Of a DNA stretch of 64,000 nt, positions 26,424-35,321 are shown in pieces. The translations under genes were made by a program, and so were the position numbers. The stretch is from the IMG/VR virus record IMGVR_UViG_3300046462_000389. One strand, given 5' to 3'. This stretch comes from an uncultured virus (IMG/VR IMGVR_UViG_3300046462_000389). Its lineage: Duplodnaviria; Heunggongvirae; Uroviricota; Caudoviricetes. Positions within the stretch are counted from its first letter, which is position 1; every line of letters starts with the position of its first letter. The notes under the pieces were generated by a model. That model ran no database searches and was not told where the DNA came from. It worked only from the letters and a program-made list of their open reading frames with translations.

Positions 26424-27065
26424 ATGACCAACTCAGACAACACCGTCATCGTCGTCGTCCTGGATCGTTCAGGGTCGATGGTGAGCATCAAGTCCGACAC
26501 CGAGGGCGGCTTCAACGCCTTCATGGCGGAGCAGGCCAAGCAGCCGGGGAACGTGCTCGTGACGCTCGCCCAGTTCGACACCGAGTACGAGATCGTGTAC
26601 ACGGACAAGCCGATCTCCGAGGTCCCCAAGCTCGATCTGAGACCACGGGGAGCAACGTCCCTGTTGGACGCCATCGGGCTGACCGTGGTGGCCACCGGAG
26701 AGCGGCTGGCTGCGCTGCAGGAGGACGAGCGTCCCGCTCACGTCATCGTGCTGGTGATGACGGACGGGCTGGAGAACAGCTCCAAGGAGTGGACGAAGGA
26801 GAAGGTCTTCGAGCTGGTCAAGCAGCAGACCGACGACTACTCCTGGGTCTTCATCTTCATGGGAGCCAACCAGGATGCCATCGCAGAGGGCGCGAAGATG
26901 GGCTTCTCCGGTGACTCCTCACTGACCTACGACAGCGCCAACGTCTCCCAGGCGGTGCAGAACACCTCTAACCTGGTCGGCCGGGTCAGGGCCGGTGGCC
27001 AGGCCGTCTACACCGCCGTGGAGCGGGAGACCTCAACCACCACCAAGACCGGGAGGAAGAAGTGA
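26424..27065 (+). CDS. von Willebrand factor A domain protein
   Basis: MIDAS DRSGSM, T.LLDAIG, TDGLENSS, FMGANQDA. Confidence 0.9.
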   Translation: MTNSDNTVIVVVLDRSGSMVSIKSDTEGGFNAFMAEQAKQPGNVLVTLAQFDTEYEIVYTDKPISEVPKLDLRPRGATSLLDAIGLTVVATGERLAALQEDERPAHVIVLVMTDGLENSSKEWTKEKVFELVKQQTDDYSWVFIFMGANQDAIAEGAKMGFSGDSSLTYDSANVSQAVQNTSNLVGRVRAGGQAVYTAVERETSTTTKTGRKK

Positions 27066-27481
27066 GCGTCGACAAGGAAGCCCTCAGGACCAACATGGAT
27101 CGGGTCATCGCCGCAGATGCCCAGCACCTGTGGCAGCAGGGTGACTGGGTCGCTCCCGTCGATGAGAACGGTGAACAGGTCGGCGCTGTCCTGGACGGCG
27201 AGTACTGCCGTACGGCTGGCTGCTTCGCCGGTCACTACGCCTTCAGCCAGGGCTACACCCAGGTCGATTGGTACTCCGCCACTATCACCAACCCAGAAAC
27301 TGGTGATGTCCTGGACACCGATCGTGACGACCTGACCAGGGTCGACAACGTCGCCGGGTTCACGATGCATGGTCTGGGGCTGGATCCGAGCCAGGCCATG
27401 AGGCTGTTCAACGCCGACAACAGCCTGCACCAGCTGAAGTTCCTCGTCGACGAGATCTGCGGAACTCTCGATGGCTCATGA
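27062..27481 (+). CDS. Hypothetical protein
   Basis: WQQGDW..CRTAGCFAGH..RLF; coupled start. Confidence 0.7.
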   Translation: MSVDKEALRTNMDRVIAADAQHLWQQGDWVAPVDENGEQVGAVLDGEYCRTAGCFAGHYAFSQGYTQVDWYSATITNPETGDVLDTDRDDLTRVDNVAGFTMHGLGLDPSQAMRLFNADNSLHQLKFLVDEICGTLDGS

Positions 27482-27710
27482 CGACCCGCACTTCGACCGG
27501 TCCACAGATCCAGTCACCGAGAAGGTGCATCTGATCTGTCTCTGCATGTGTCCGGAGTGCGTCGACAACGACCTGCAGGAGAGCATCGGCTACGGCTGTA
27601 TCTGCCCGCAGTGTGACCACAACTTCAAGGAGGACGATGAAGACCAAGCTCCTGCTGGGGCTGGCGGCTCTGCTGCTGATCCCCCTGCAGACCTGTTCAA
27701 CGCCGACTGA
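27471..27710 (+). CDS. Small Cys-rich protein
   Basis: CLCMCPEC..CICPQC. Confidence 0.55.
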   Translation: MAHDDPHFDRSTDPVTEKVHLICLCMCPECVDNDLQESIGYGCICPQCDHNFKEDDEDQAPAGAGGSAADPPADLFNAD

Positions 27711-27924
27711 CGACCGACAGGGACCGAACGGTACCCAGCCGGATCAGTACTCTGACGCCACTCACGTCACGGTCTACCGGAACGCCAACAACGTGCCGAA
27801 CGTGGCGCTGTTCTGCCTCGGTCCGTACGGCTGGGCATCCACACTGTCCAGCGGTGACTCTGGGGCGAACAAGGCCTCGGCACTGGTCCGGTTCGAGTCG
27901 TATGACCGGGTGTGTGCCTCATGA
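27637..27924 (+). CDS. Secreted or lipoprotein-like small protein
   Basis: GGAGG RBS; MKTKLLLGLAALLLIPLQTC signal-like N-terminus. Confidence 0.6.
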   Translation: MKTKLLLGLAALLLIPLQTCSTPTDDRQGPNGTQPDQYSDATHVTVYRNANNVPNVALFCLGPYGWASTLSSGDSGANKASALVRFESYDRVCAS

Positions 27925-28214
27925 GCGACGACGAGTGGGTCAAGCACGTGCTGGACGAGCTGGTCCCGATGGTGGCAGAGTCGGCCTGCACGATGAGCAT
28001 CGTCCCGGACACCGAGCTGGACGTGAAGTTCGCGGTCGAGCTGGGGATCAGCATCATGCTGGACAAGCCACTGATCCTGGTGGTGTTCCCGGGTCGGATC
28101 ATCCCCGACCATCTCAGGCGAGCAGCCGATGAGATCGTGGAGTTCGACATCGACAACCCGGAGTCCACTCAGCGCCGGGTGAACGAGGCGATGGGACGGG
28201 TGCTGAATCTATGA
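27921..28214 (+). CDS. Hypothetical protein
   Basis: ATGA overlap; VELGISIMLDKPLILVV. Confidence 0.65.
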   Translation: MSDDEWVKHVLDELVPMVAESACTMSIVPDTELDVKFAVELGISIMLDKPLILVVFPGRIIPDHLRRAADEIVEFDIDNPESTQRRVNEAMGRVLNL

Positions 28215-28609
28215 TCCGGCCGATCCACGCCGACGATGTCCGGGCCTACCTGCAGCAGATCAGTCCCTGCGAGCCCTGGAAGGACTGGTTCCTGATCGCC
28301 TCAGATTCCTACCTGATCCGGCGTAACCGGGTCAAGAGTGGTCTGCGGGAGGGCGTCATCCACACCCCCGACTGCCGTAACGCCCAGAACACGGCAGACA
28401 CCTCAAGGTTCCACTGGGAGGAGGTGAACAACGGTGAGCTCATCTACTACTGGTGGGCGATGGCCATCGAGGAGAACCCGAACAAGCAGGGTAAGTCTCC
28501 TCCGGAGCTGACGCACTTCATGAAGTTCTGCTCCATCTGCACGGCCATCAGGCCCAACTACCAGAAGGCGAGAGAGATCTATGAGCGGGCTCATCCCCGA
28601 CCCGATTGA
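28211..28609 (+). CDS. Hypothetical protein
   Basis: IHTPDC..FCSIC possible metal site. Confidence 0.6.
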   Translation: MIRPIHADDVRAYLQQISPCEPWKDWFLIASDSYLIRRNRVKSGLREGVIHTPDCRNAQNTADTSRFHWEEVNNGELIYYWWAMAIEENPNKQGKSPPELTHFMKFCSICTAIRPNYQKAREIYERAHPRPD

Positions 28610-28901
28610 GCTGGATCAGTGGCTCTACGGTGAAGTCCTGCTCTCCTCGGTACACAGTCCCCAACTGTGCGCCGGGGAGTTTTGTGTTGTGCACAACCCG
28701 TCAGATCACCACATGCGGTCCTGGCCGCTGAACTGGCGAGACGACACGGGCATCTTCGAGCGGCTCTGTCCGTGCGGGATCGGTCACCCCGATCCCGATC
28801 AGTTGCCTTTTTTCAAGAAAGCGGGCTTAGAAGCCCTGGCCGTCCATGGATGTTGCGGCCATTGTCACGAGGAGAAAAGTGAGTGCCAGGTTCCAAGCTG
28901 A
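28581..28901 (+). CDS. His/Cys-rich protein
   Basis: CVVHNPSDHHM..ERLCPCGIGHPDPD..HGCCG. Confidence 0.65.
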   Translation: MSGLIPDPIELDQWLYGEVLLSSVHSPQLCAGEFCVVHNPSDHHMRSWPLNWRDDTGIFERLCPCGIGHPDPDQLPFFKKAGLEALAVHGCCGHCHEEKSECQVPS

Positions 28902-29205
28902 AGGCCAACGACTGCTGGATCAGCTGATCACCAACAGCAGTCTCTATAAGACGATCTACTCCTACCTCGTTGAGGCTGGAGAAGATCGTGAAGCCCAGCA
29001 GATCATCTACATCTGCGACCGACTCGACGAGCACGAAGCCCACATGGTGAAGCTGCTCGCTGAAGAGGACAAGCACGAGCCCGGCCACGTCTGGGCTGAA
29101 CTGAACCGAACCAGGAACCAGTTGATCTACCAGATGGTGGATGCCCAGCAGTTGTTCCTGCGCTATGTCTACCTGTTCAAAACCACCCTGGAGGGGAAGA
29201 AATGA
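28879..29205 (+). CDS. Hypothetical protein
   Basis: GAGGAG RBS before GTG. Confidence 0.6.
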   Translation: MSARFQAEGQRLLDQLITNSSLYKTIYSYLVEAGEDREAQQIIYICDRLDEHEAHMVKLLAEEDKHEPGHVWAELNRTRNQLIYQMVDAQQLFLRYVYLFKTTLEGKK

Positions 29206-29561
29206 CCATCGAACAGATGGAGAAGGTACAAAACGTCGTCGCCGTGGGTCTGCCCATCATCACCACCTTGGAGGAGGTGATCATGATCGCCATCGAGATC
29301 GACCGGGCAGACGGCGGTCAGCTGGAGATCCGGTTGCTCCAGTTCCAGATGACGGTGATGACCACCAAGCTCATCCTGGTCGAGACCAACGAGGGGCTGA
29401 ATGACTACGGCCCGGAGTGGCTCACCGAAGAGCGGGCCGACACCGTGATCGAGGCCATCCAGGATGTCAACACGATCACCGGGGAGATCGAGCCCGACGA
29501 TCCGATGGACAACCTGATCGAAGCAGCGCACGCCACCTACGAGGAGAAGATGAATGCCTGA
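29202..29561 (+). CDS. Acidic hypothetical protein
   Basis: GGAGG RBS, ATGA overlap. Confidence 0.65.
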   Translation: MTIEQMEKVQNVVAVGLPIITTLEEVIMIAIEIDRADGGQLEIRLLQFQMTVMTTKLILVETNEGLNDYGPEWLTEERADTVIEAIQDVNTITGEIEPDDPMDNLIEAAHATYEEKMNA

Positions 29562-29955
29562 CACCAAGACCGACCCGCTGGTGGAGATCGACCAGCCCGC
29601 CCTCAAGATGGACGAGAAGGAGGACTTCAAGGCGCTGAAGCAGTTCTCGCTGGAGATGTACACCTACTGCGGCAACCTGATCGACGCCAATGCCAAGTTG
29701 AAGTCACGGATCGAGGCCGCTCGATCCAACTTCTACACCTCCTACCACGAGTCCTCCCACAGGATGGACCGCCTGGGGACCATGGAGGAGCGGGTGGAGG
29801 CCTATGCCGTGTTCATGCGCGGCATGTGGGAGTTGATGGCCAACCGGGAGAAGCAGGCCGTGGACACCGCCGCTGACTGGTCGCTGATCTGGCAGCTGGA
29901 AGAGACCTGCGAGAAGATCTACCCCGACGACTGGGATCGGCGGTTCAAGGTATGA
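29554..29955 (+). CDS. Hypothetical protein
   Basis: Overlapping start, GC3 codon usage. Confidence 0.65.
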   Translation: MPDTKTDPLVEIDQPALKMDEKEDFKALKQFSLEMYTYCGNLIDANAKLKSRIEAARSNFYTSYHESSHRMDRLGTMEERVEAYAVFMRGMWELMANREKQAVDTAADWSLIWQLEETCEKIYPDDWDRRFKV

Positions 29956-30326
29956 GGCTCGTCAAGCTTCCCGACAACTCCTGGGTCAACCCGGAGGAGG
30001 TTGTCAGGATCATCGAGACGGAACAGAAGACGATCCAAGTCCGCCTGGCCAACGATGAGTGGATCGACATCAAGGGCCACAACATCGACCAGGTGGCCAG
30101 CGTCTTCCTGACTCCGGTCTTTGCGGTGATCGACGACGACCTGATCGTGAACAAGAACCACGTCGAGTCGGTCCACATCAGCACTCAGGACCTCGATGAC
30201 AGCAGTGACCCGAGGGTTTTCACCGAGCTTCGGATGGTGTCTGGACGGGTGCTGGTCACCAACATCGACATCGACGAGGTGCTGAATCAGCTGGACGGCA
30301 TCCCGTTCTTCAGAGAGGTGGAGTAG
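29952..30326 (+). CDS. Protein with two short duplicated beta domains
   Basis: WVNPEEVVRI and IVNKNHVESV repeats. Confidence 0.65.
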   Translation: MRLVKLPDNSWVNPEEVVRIIETEQKTIQVRLANDEWIDIKGHNIDQVASVFLTPVFAVIDDDLIVNKNHVESVHISTQDLDDSSDPRVFTELRMVSGRVLVTNIDIDEVLNQLDGIPFFREVE

Positions 30327-30682
30327 TGGACTCTGAGAGGACCACCAAGGAGCTCAACGACCTGAAGACCTCCATCCACTCGGCTCGGGAGATCGCTCAG
30401 AGCGTCTACGAGGCGCTCTCGGTCTCCGAGGTCAACGACCAGGATCTCTACGTCGAGCTCGGTGCCTGGTTGGTCGAGTTCAGCACCCGGATCGGTGATC
30501 TGATGGTTCTCAAGATGGTGATCGAGGTCAGCGGGGCCAACGACCGTACCGATCAGGGCACCCTGATGGTCCTGGCCGCGATGGTGCCGATGAAGGAGAG
30601 CTACGAGCAGCTCCTCGACCGGACTCAGAAGATGCTCGACGGCCAGTACGGGAACATTCTGAGGAAGATGAAGAGCGACTGA
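30326..30682 (+). CDS. Hypothetical helical protein
   Basis: TAGTG-coupled start. Confidence 0.65.
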   Translation: MDSERTTKELNDLKTSIHSAREIAQSVYEALSVSEVNDQDLYVELGAWLVEFSTRIGDLMVLKMVIEVSGANDRTDQGTLMVLAAMVPMKESYEQLLDRTQKMLDGQYGNILRKMKSD

Positions 30683-30701
30683 CTCGGGAGGGGGAGCGTG
30701 G

Positions 30702-30896
30702 ATGATTCTGTTCTGTGTCCAACCAGACACCTGGATCAACCTGGACCAGGTGCTGGAGGTCAGTCTGTTGCCGAACACCAAGACTCGGTGCCAGATCAAG
30801 ATGGTCAACGACCGGTCGTACCAGGTCAACGAGAAGCTGTCCGACCTGGTCGTTCGGATGAACGATGTGGCTGCGGGTGCGGCTGCACAGAGCTAG
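30702..30896 (+). CDS. Small protein similar to the 29952-30326 domains
   Basis: WINLDQVLEV..QIKMVND. Confidence 0.6.
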   Translation: MILFCVQPDTWINLDQVLEVSLLPNTKTRCQIKMVNDRSYQVNEKLSDLVVRMNDVAAGAAAQS

Positions 30897-31012
30897 ACCA
30901 CACCCTCAGCTGGTGCTTCTGCATCGGCTGGGGGTGTCCGTGCGTCTGAGCCCTCCCCGGGGTTCAGCGGTCTGACCTGGATCAGGGGGTCGGGTCAGAC
31001 AGGAGGGGAGAG

Positions 31013-31038
31013 GTGGATACAGCCGCCTCTCCCCTCTG
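31013..31038 (+). terminator. Hairpin (3' part of GGAGGGGAGAGGTGG/CCGCCTCTCCCCTCT stem beginning near 31002)
   Basis: Long purine/pyrimidine stem in an intergenic gap. Confidence 0.45.
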
Positions 31039-31066
31039 TCATCTAATTTTCTAACTAGGAGAATAA

Positions 31067-31447
31067 GTGAACATAGTCACTTCGCCTCCCAGCCTGACCT
31101 ATCAGCTGGGGGCCACTGTCAGCGACCTGGAACAGCCGTACTGGCAGTTCAGTGTCGTCCACCGCAACAACCGGACCTGCTACTACCACGCTGTCGCGTT
31201 CCGGGCCAAGGCCTACCGGGAGCTGTTGCCAGGTCACCACGGCCACATGATGCTCGCTACCGATGTCTGGCACGTCAAGGTCTACGCGCTCCCTCAGGAG
31301 CGCTCTGACGGGCTCTACGACGTGACCACCCCGTGTGCCAGGGGTCAGGTGCCCTTCATGGCCCGCAGCCAGCTGAAGAGGGCTCTGCTGGAGGCTGGAG
31401 TGCCCGAGGGAGTCCGCGCTCTCGACCACGTCTTCGGGGAGGTCTGA
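31067..31447 (+). CDS. Hypothetical protein
   Basis: AGGAG RBS before GTG. Confidence 0.65.
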   Translation: MNIVTSPPSLTYQLGATVSDLEQPYWQFSVVHRNNRTCYYHAVAFRAKAYRELLPGHHGHMMLATDVWHVKVYALPQERSDGLYDVTTPCARGQVPFMARSQLKRALLEAGVPEGVRALDHVFGEV

Positions 31448-31779
31448 TGACTGAGTCCAAGGTCGCTCAGATGGAGCTGGAGAACTACTACCGGAAGATG
31501 GACCTGTACCGGGAGAAGGTGCGGGGCGCTGGCAGAGCGATCTGCGAGTCCAGGCTGGAGCATGGCTGGTCGGTGAACGACCTGGCCAACCAACTGGGCT
31601 GCAGCAGGGGCCAGCTCAACCAGATCGAGACCGGGCACAGGCTGCCCTCCGACGAGCTGTGCAGGCGGGCTGCCGAGCTGCTGGGCCTGAAGCCACGAGA
31701 GCTGTTGAACCTCAAGTACAGGGCCAAGTCGGCAGTCCCGCCTGCTGAGCCGTGGACACCCACCAAGGAGTCGGTCTAG
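31447..31779 (+). CDS. XRE-family HTH regulator
   Basis: RLEHGWSVNDLANQLGCSRGQLNQIETG.RLPS; TGATG overlap. Confidence 0.85.
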   Translation: MTESKVAQMELENYYRKMDLYREKVRGAGRAICESRLEHGWSVNDLANQLGCSRGQLNQIETGHRLPSDELCRRAAELLGLKPRELLNLKYRAKSAVPPAEPWTPTKESV

Positions 31780-31782
31780 AGC

Positions 31783-32100
31783 TTCCCGAGGTACAGGTGT
31801 GGAAACCTGTCTCCCCCTCGGGAACAGAGGCACCCCCTGGGCCAGTCGCCCAGGGGGTGCTACTCTGCAGAAACCGAGAGGCTTACTGTCCAGGTCAGCC
31901 TCGATCGGGTGTTCACAGCCTATCGCTACGAGCGCCCGTACCAGTCAAGGGAGGTACTGCCTGCTCGTCGGGGATTCTATCTGTTCCATCCGATCACCTG
32001 TTCGACCCAGCTTTAGTGCGAACGGGCAAGGCTCAGTAGTCGGAACTCTGGCAGATGTAGATGACCGAGGGGACGACCACAGGCAATGTGGACCCTAAAA
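31783..32100 (+). ncRNA. Candidate structured non-coding element
   Basis: About 320 nt of successive stems with no credible ORF. Confidence 0.4.
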
Positions 32101-32116
32101 GTCCTTGGAAGGGATC

Positions 32117-32407
32117 ATGAAGGCTAAGCTCAATTCTGTCTGTCATGCCTGCAAAAAGCCGATTTCTCTTGGAGAAACAATCGTCAAGGAATCAGTAGGG
32201 TGGGTTCACCTGAAGTGTTCAGTCACTGGTAAAGAACCTAAAAAGAAACCAAGGAAAAGAACTGGGTTGTCCAAGGAACCTGGTCTTAGCCCAGAGGTCT
32301 CCTTCAGTGAGAACGCTAGGAGGGTTAACTCAGGAGAAACGTTCAGAAGTAGGAAACCCAGTACCTACAGAAGAGGAAAAAGTCCCGGATCGTACCGAGA
32401 CAACTAA
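32117..32407 (+). CDS. Basic Zn-ribbon protein with atypical codons
   Basis: CHAC..I..GE..WVHLKC then a K/R-rich tail. Confidence 0.6.
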   Translation: MKAKLNSVCHACKKPISLGETIVKESVGWVHLKCSVTGKEPKKKPRKRTGLSKEPGLSPEVSFSENARRVNSGETFRSRKPSTYRRGKSPGSYRDN

Positions 32408-32428
32408 CAACTTCAAAGGGGTAGATAG

Positions 32429-32965
32429 ATGATAGTTCTGTTGATCATCTTGGGTTCGATCTTCGCCTACCTGATGATAGGAAGACTCCTGGTCGTCAGG
32501 TACAGGAGACAGATCACCAAGACCAACACCACTCTTTCCGATTACTACGACAAGCAGGACAAAACCCACTACACCGGTAGAAACGTGAGTAGTGATAATC
32601 GTTACTCTCTGTTGGCCATGCAGTTTGCCTGGCCGGTCTACTTCTGGGTGATGAAGACCAACATCACCTATGACGAAGTAGAGCTGGAGGTAGACGACCA
32701 GGAAAGGACCGAGTACACCAAGTACCTGGAAGACTCCCAACAGCGTCTAGCCAGACTCCAGGAACGTCAGGAGAAGTTGGCAATCGAAAGGATCCAGAAG
32801 CTGGCTGAACTGGAGAAGGACAACCCGCTATCTCTCTCTCAGGAGACAGCGTTAGAGGTGGTGCTCCCAAAAGCCCAAAAGGACCAGGAGAAAAAGAGTC
32901 CACAGGTGAGGGTGTACAACCAGAGCTGGATAACAACAGATCCGAGCCGAAGAGAGCCTCGGTAG
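32429..32965 (+). CDS. Membrane-anchored hypothetical protein
   Basis: N-terminal TM; atypical codon usage. Confidence 0.6.
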   Translation: MIVLLIILGSIFAYLMIGRLLVVRYRRQITKTNTTLSDYYDKQDKTHYTGRNVSSDNRYSLLAMQFAWPVYFWVMKTNITYDEVELEVDDQERTEYTKYLEDSQQRLARLQERQEKLAIERIQKLAELEKDNPLSLSQETALEVVLPKAQKDQEKKSPQVRVYNQSWITTDPSRREPR

Positions 32966-33178
32966 AGAAGGACTACGACGACTACAGGGTGCTGTACGAG
33001 AAGTGCTCTGTCTGTGGGATGACGACGATGATCGCTCTGGTCGATAATTTTGGCACAATCCTGCACAGCACCAGGCGTCCTTGTATCTGCACCATGGATA
33101 TCTGTACCTGCTCTCTGGCTCATACCTGTGCTGTCTGTCAGGGCAAAGAGTGACCTAGTAATGGCGACCGAAAAAGAG

Positions 33179-33234
33179 TACAATAGAGGTAGTGCGCGTA
33201 AGCATGCCCAAGACCAACCGGTCTTGGGCTTTTT
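33179..33234 (+). ncRNA. Promoter P4 plus about 44-nt terminated RNA (sRNA4)
   Basis: TACAAT AGAGGT A, then GCCCAAGACC/GGTCTTGGGC + TTTTT; resembles the sRNA3 unit. Confidence 0.6.
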
Positions 33235-33329
33235 GTGTTTCTAGGGAGTATGGAGTGGTTAGACATGGTAAACGCCATGGTCATCGGAACAAGATGGCTT
33301 ACCGAGTACAGAGCAGAAAAGGAGCGGTG

Positions 33330-35072
33330 ATGGAGGTCACCCTAGGACCCGCTAGAAAGCGGTCCGGAATCGACATGGAGTTGTTCAAGAAGCAGTACCG
33401 ACTGGTCGGTCCTGTGAAGAACCAGTGCTGGAACTGGATCGGTGAGTACTACGGTCCGGCATCCTTCACCCCCACCAGCGGTGGGAGAAACCCAGCTGTC
33501 CGCTGGATCTTCGAGACGATGATCGGCTCTCTGCCAGAGCGGATCGTGCTGATGCCGGACGAGAAGTGCACCTTGTCCAATACCATCCCCAAGGGGAAGC
33601 GAACCCCGGAACGGGGTAACTGTGTCAACCCCGAGCACTACTACGCGATGACTCCCCTGGATGCCTACCGGCTGGACCTGGGGAACAAGGCCAAGGACGA
33701 GTGTGTCAACGGTCATCCCTACAGTCAGGACACGGTCACCTACTCGGTACAGAACCGTCAGGTCTTCTGCCGGGTCTGCCGAGGCGAGAGCCTGGAGGAG
33801 CCCACCAAGCCACTCCAGACCGAGGTCGAGGTCGCGCAGGTGAAGAAGCAGAACGACAAGGAGTCACTGGTGACACCAACGACTGACAAGCAGAGCTGGA
33901 CGGTCAAGCTCGGGGAGCCGGTGGGCTATGACGCTGCCGAGCTGAACAGGTTCATGTCCCAGACCACGAAGCAGGGTGACAAGCCCTGTCTGGTCTGGAC
34001 CGGTGCTGCCTACCGGTCCCACCGGGCCAAAGGCACTCGGCAGGAGGGCCAACTTCGACCGATGTTCCGGACTGCTGATGGCAAGGAGAACCGGGCTCAT
34101 CGCTGGATCTTCGAGATCATGGAAGGTGAGCTGCCCGAGAACACCGTCCTGATCAAAGAGGACGACTGCGAGGAGCTGTGTGTCGATCCGACCCATCAGA
34201 TCCCGCTCACCAGGCCGGAGTACATGTCCTCTCGTAAGGATGTCCGGAAGAAGCTGTTCTGCCTCAACGGTCATCGGTACGCTCCTGGCACCTACGAGGT
34301 GAATGCCAAGGGCTACCGACGCTGCCTGATCTGTGCTGCCAACGCCCAGAAGGCCAGGAAGCAGAAGCGCCTGATGGACTGGGTGACGGAGTCCTGGTAC
34401 ATCCTCCATCAGCTCATCGAGGACATGCCCGAGGACGAGTTCGACGAGGTGGTGGACACCATGTACCCGTGGCTCTACAACTTTGTCGAGCCGGACGAAA
34501 AGACCAGGCATGCCCGGCTCCAGTTCTACGTTGAGCAGCGTCGGGAGAGGTCTCTGAAGGCCTCAGAGCCAGAGCCAGTGGTCACCACTCAGGAGGAGGA
34601 CGAGGCCTCTAAGGTCCTTCCTGAGCCTGCTGAGATGCCGATGGAGGCTCAGGCTGCCTTCTCCGGTACTCAGCTGTCCGACATGGTCACTGAGCGAATG
34701 CACTTCCTCGGTGAAGTCCCGGGTGAACGTGATGGCCGACTCATCTTCGATGAGCCAATGGAGCCAGAGCCACGGCCTGTCTCCTCCGGCAACTACTTGT
34801 CCAACCTGGTCAGTGACCGAGCGGATCTCCGGGAGCCAGAGCCAGAGATCATCGAGAAGGAAGAGCCCGATGACTACGAGCCCGATGATGCCCAAGATGT
34901 GCTGGATGCCTTCCGGGCGCACCTGGACGAGATCGGGCTGACACCATCGGAGGAACGGGTGAAGGTGGCGATCGCCTTCGAGATCCCAATCGGCAGGGCA
35001 GGTATCACGCTGATGAACATCATGACCTCACTGACTGGCGTAGGTGCCACGAAGGTGAGGTTCAAGTCGTAG
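33330..35072 (+). CDS. Protein with two degenerate HNH/Zn-finger modules and an acidic tail
   Basis: CWNW..RWIFE..CVNPEH..CVNGH..CRVC twice; AGGAG RBS. Confidence 0.75.
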   Translation: MEVTLGPARKRSGIDMELFKKQYRLVGPVKNQCWNWIGEYYGPASFTPTSGGRNPAVRWIFETMIGSLPERIVLMPDEKCTLSNTIPKGKRTPERGNCVNPEHYYAMTPLDAYRLDLGNKAKDECVNGHPYSQDTVTYSVQNRQVFCRVCRGESLEEPTKPLQTEVEVAQVKKQNDKESLVTPTTDKQSWTVKLGEPVGYDAAELNRFMSQTTKQGDKPCLVWTGAAYRSHRAKGTRQEGQLRPMFRTADGKENRAHRWIFEIMEGELPENTVLIKEDDCEELCVDPTHQIPLTRPEYMSSRKDVRKKLFCLNGHRYAPGTYEVNAKGYRRCLICAANAQKARKQKRLMDWVTESWYILHQLIEDMPEDEFDEVVDTMYPWLYNFVEPDEKTRHARLQFYVEQRRERSLKASEPEPVVTTQEEDEASKVLPEPAEMPMEAQAAFSGTQLSDMVTERMHFLGEVPGERDGRLIFDEPMEPEPRPVSSGNYLSNLVSDRADLREPEPEIIEKEEPDDYEPDDAQDVLDAFRAHLDEIGLTPSEERVKVAIAFEIPIGRAGITLMNIMTSLTGVGATKVRFKS

Positions 35073-35293
35073 GGAGGTAGGCAGCCCTCCCTACAACCAG
35101 ACCCGATCCTAGGGGGGTCTGGTCAGTCCCACGCAGCGTAATGAGCTTCCTCGTGGGTGGGACGAGGCTGGCTGGGCGTCAAACCGGTAAGCGTGACAGG
35201 TCATTTCACCGGCAAGGCGAACTGGGGGCAGTAACAACGTGGTCACCACGGCTCCAAGTCCCTGTAGCGGGCGTCCTGCGCCCAGCAGCCTCG
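35069..35293 (+). ncRNA. Candidate structured RNA
   Basis: Three hairpins plus a multibranch domain closed by CGAGGCTG(G)CTGGGCG/CGCCCAGCAGCCTCG. Confidence 0.5.
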
Positions 35294-35321
35294 GCTTCCA
35301 ACTAACTACTCAAGGAGAGAG

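Noticed and set aside
26424..27065. Ro60/TROVE partner for a Y RNA-like sRNA2
   Set aside because: Stand-alone vWA domain of about 213 aa without a TROVE domain
35126..35312. HDV-like (theta) ribozyme suggested by a G-initiated 7-bp stem and a UCCUCGU loop
   Set aside because: P3 would be only 2 bp, the GG needed for P1.1 is GA, and the P2/J4-2 register does not fit; kept only as an unassigned structured RNA
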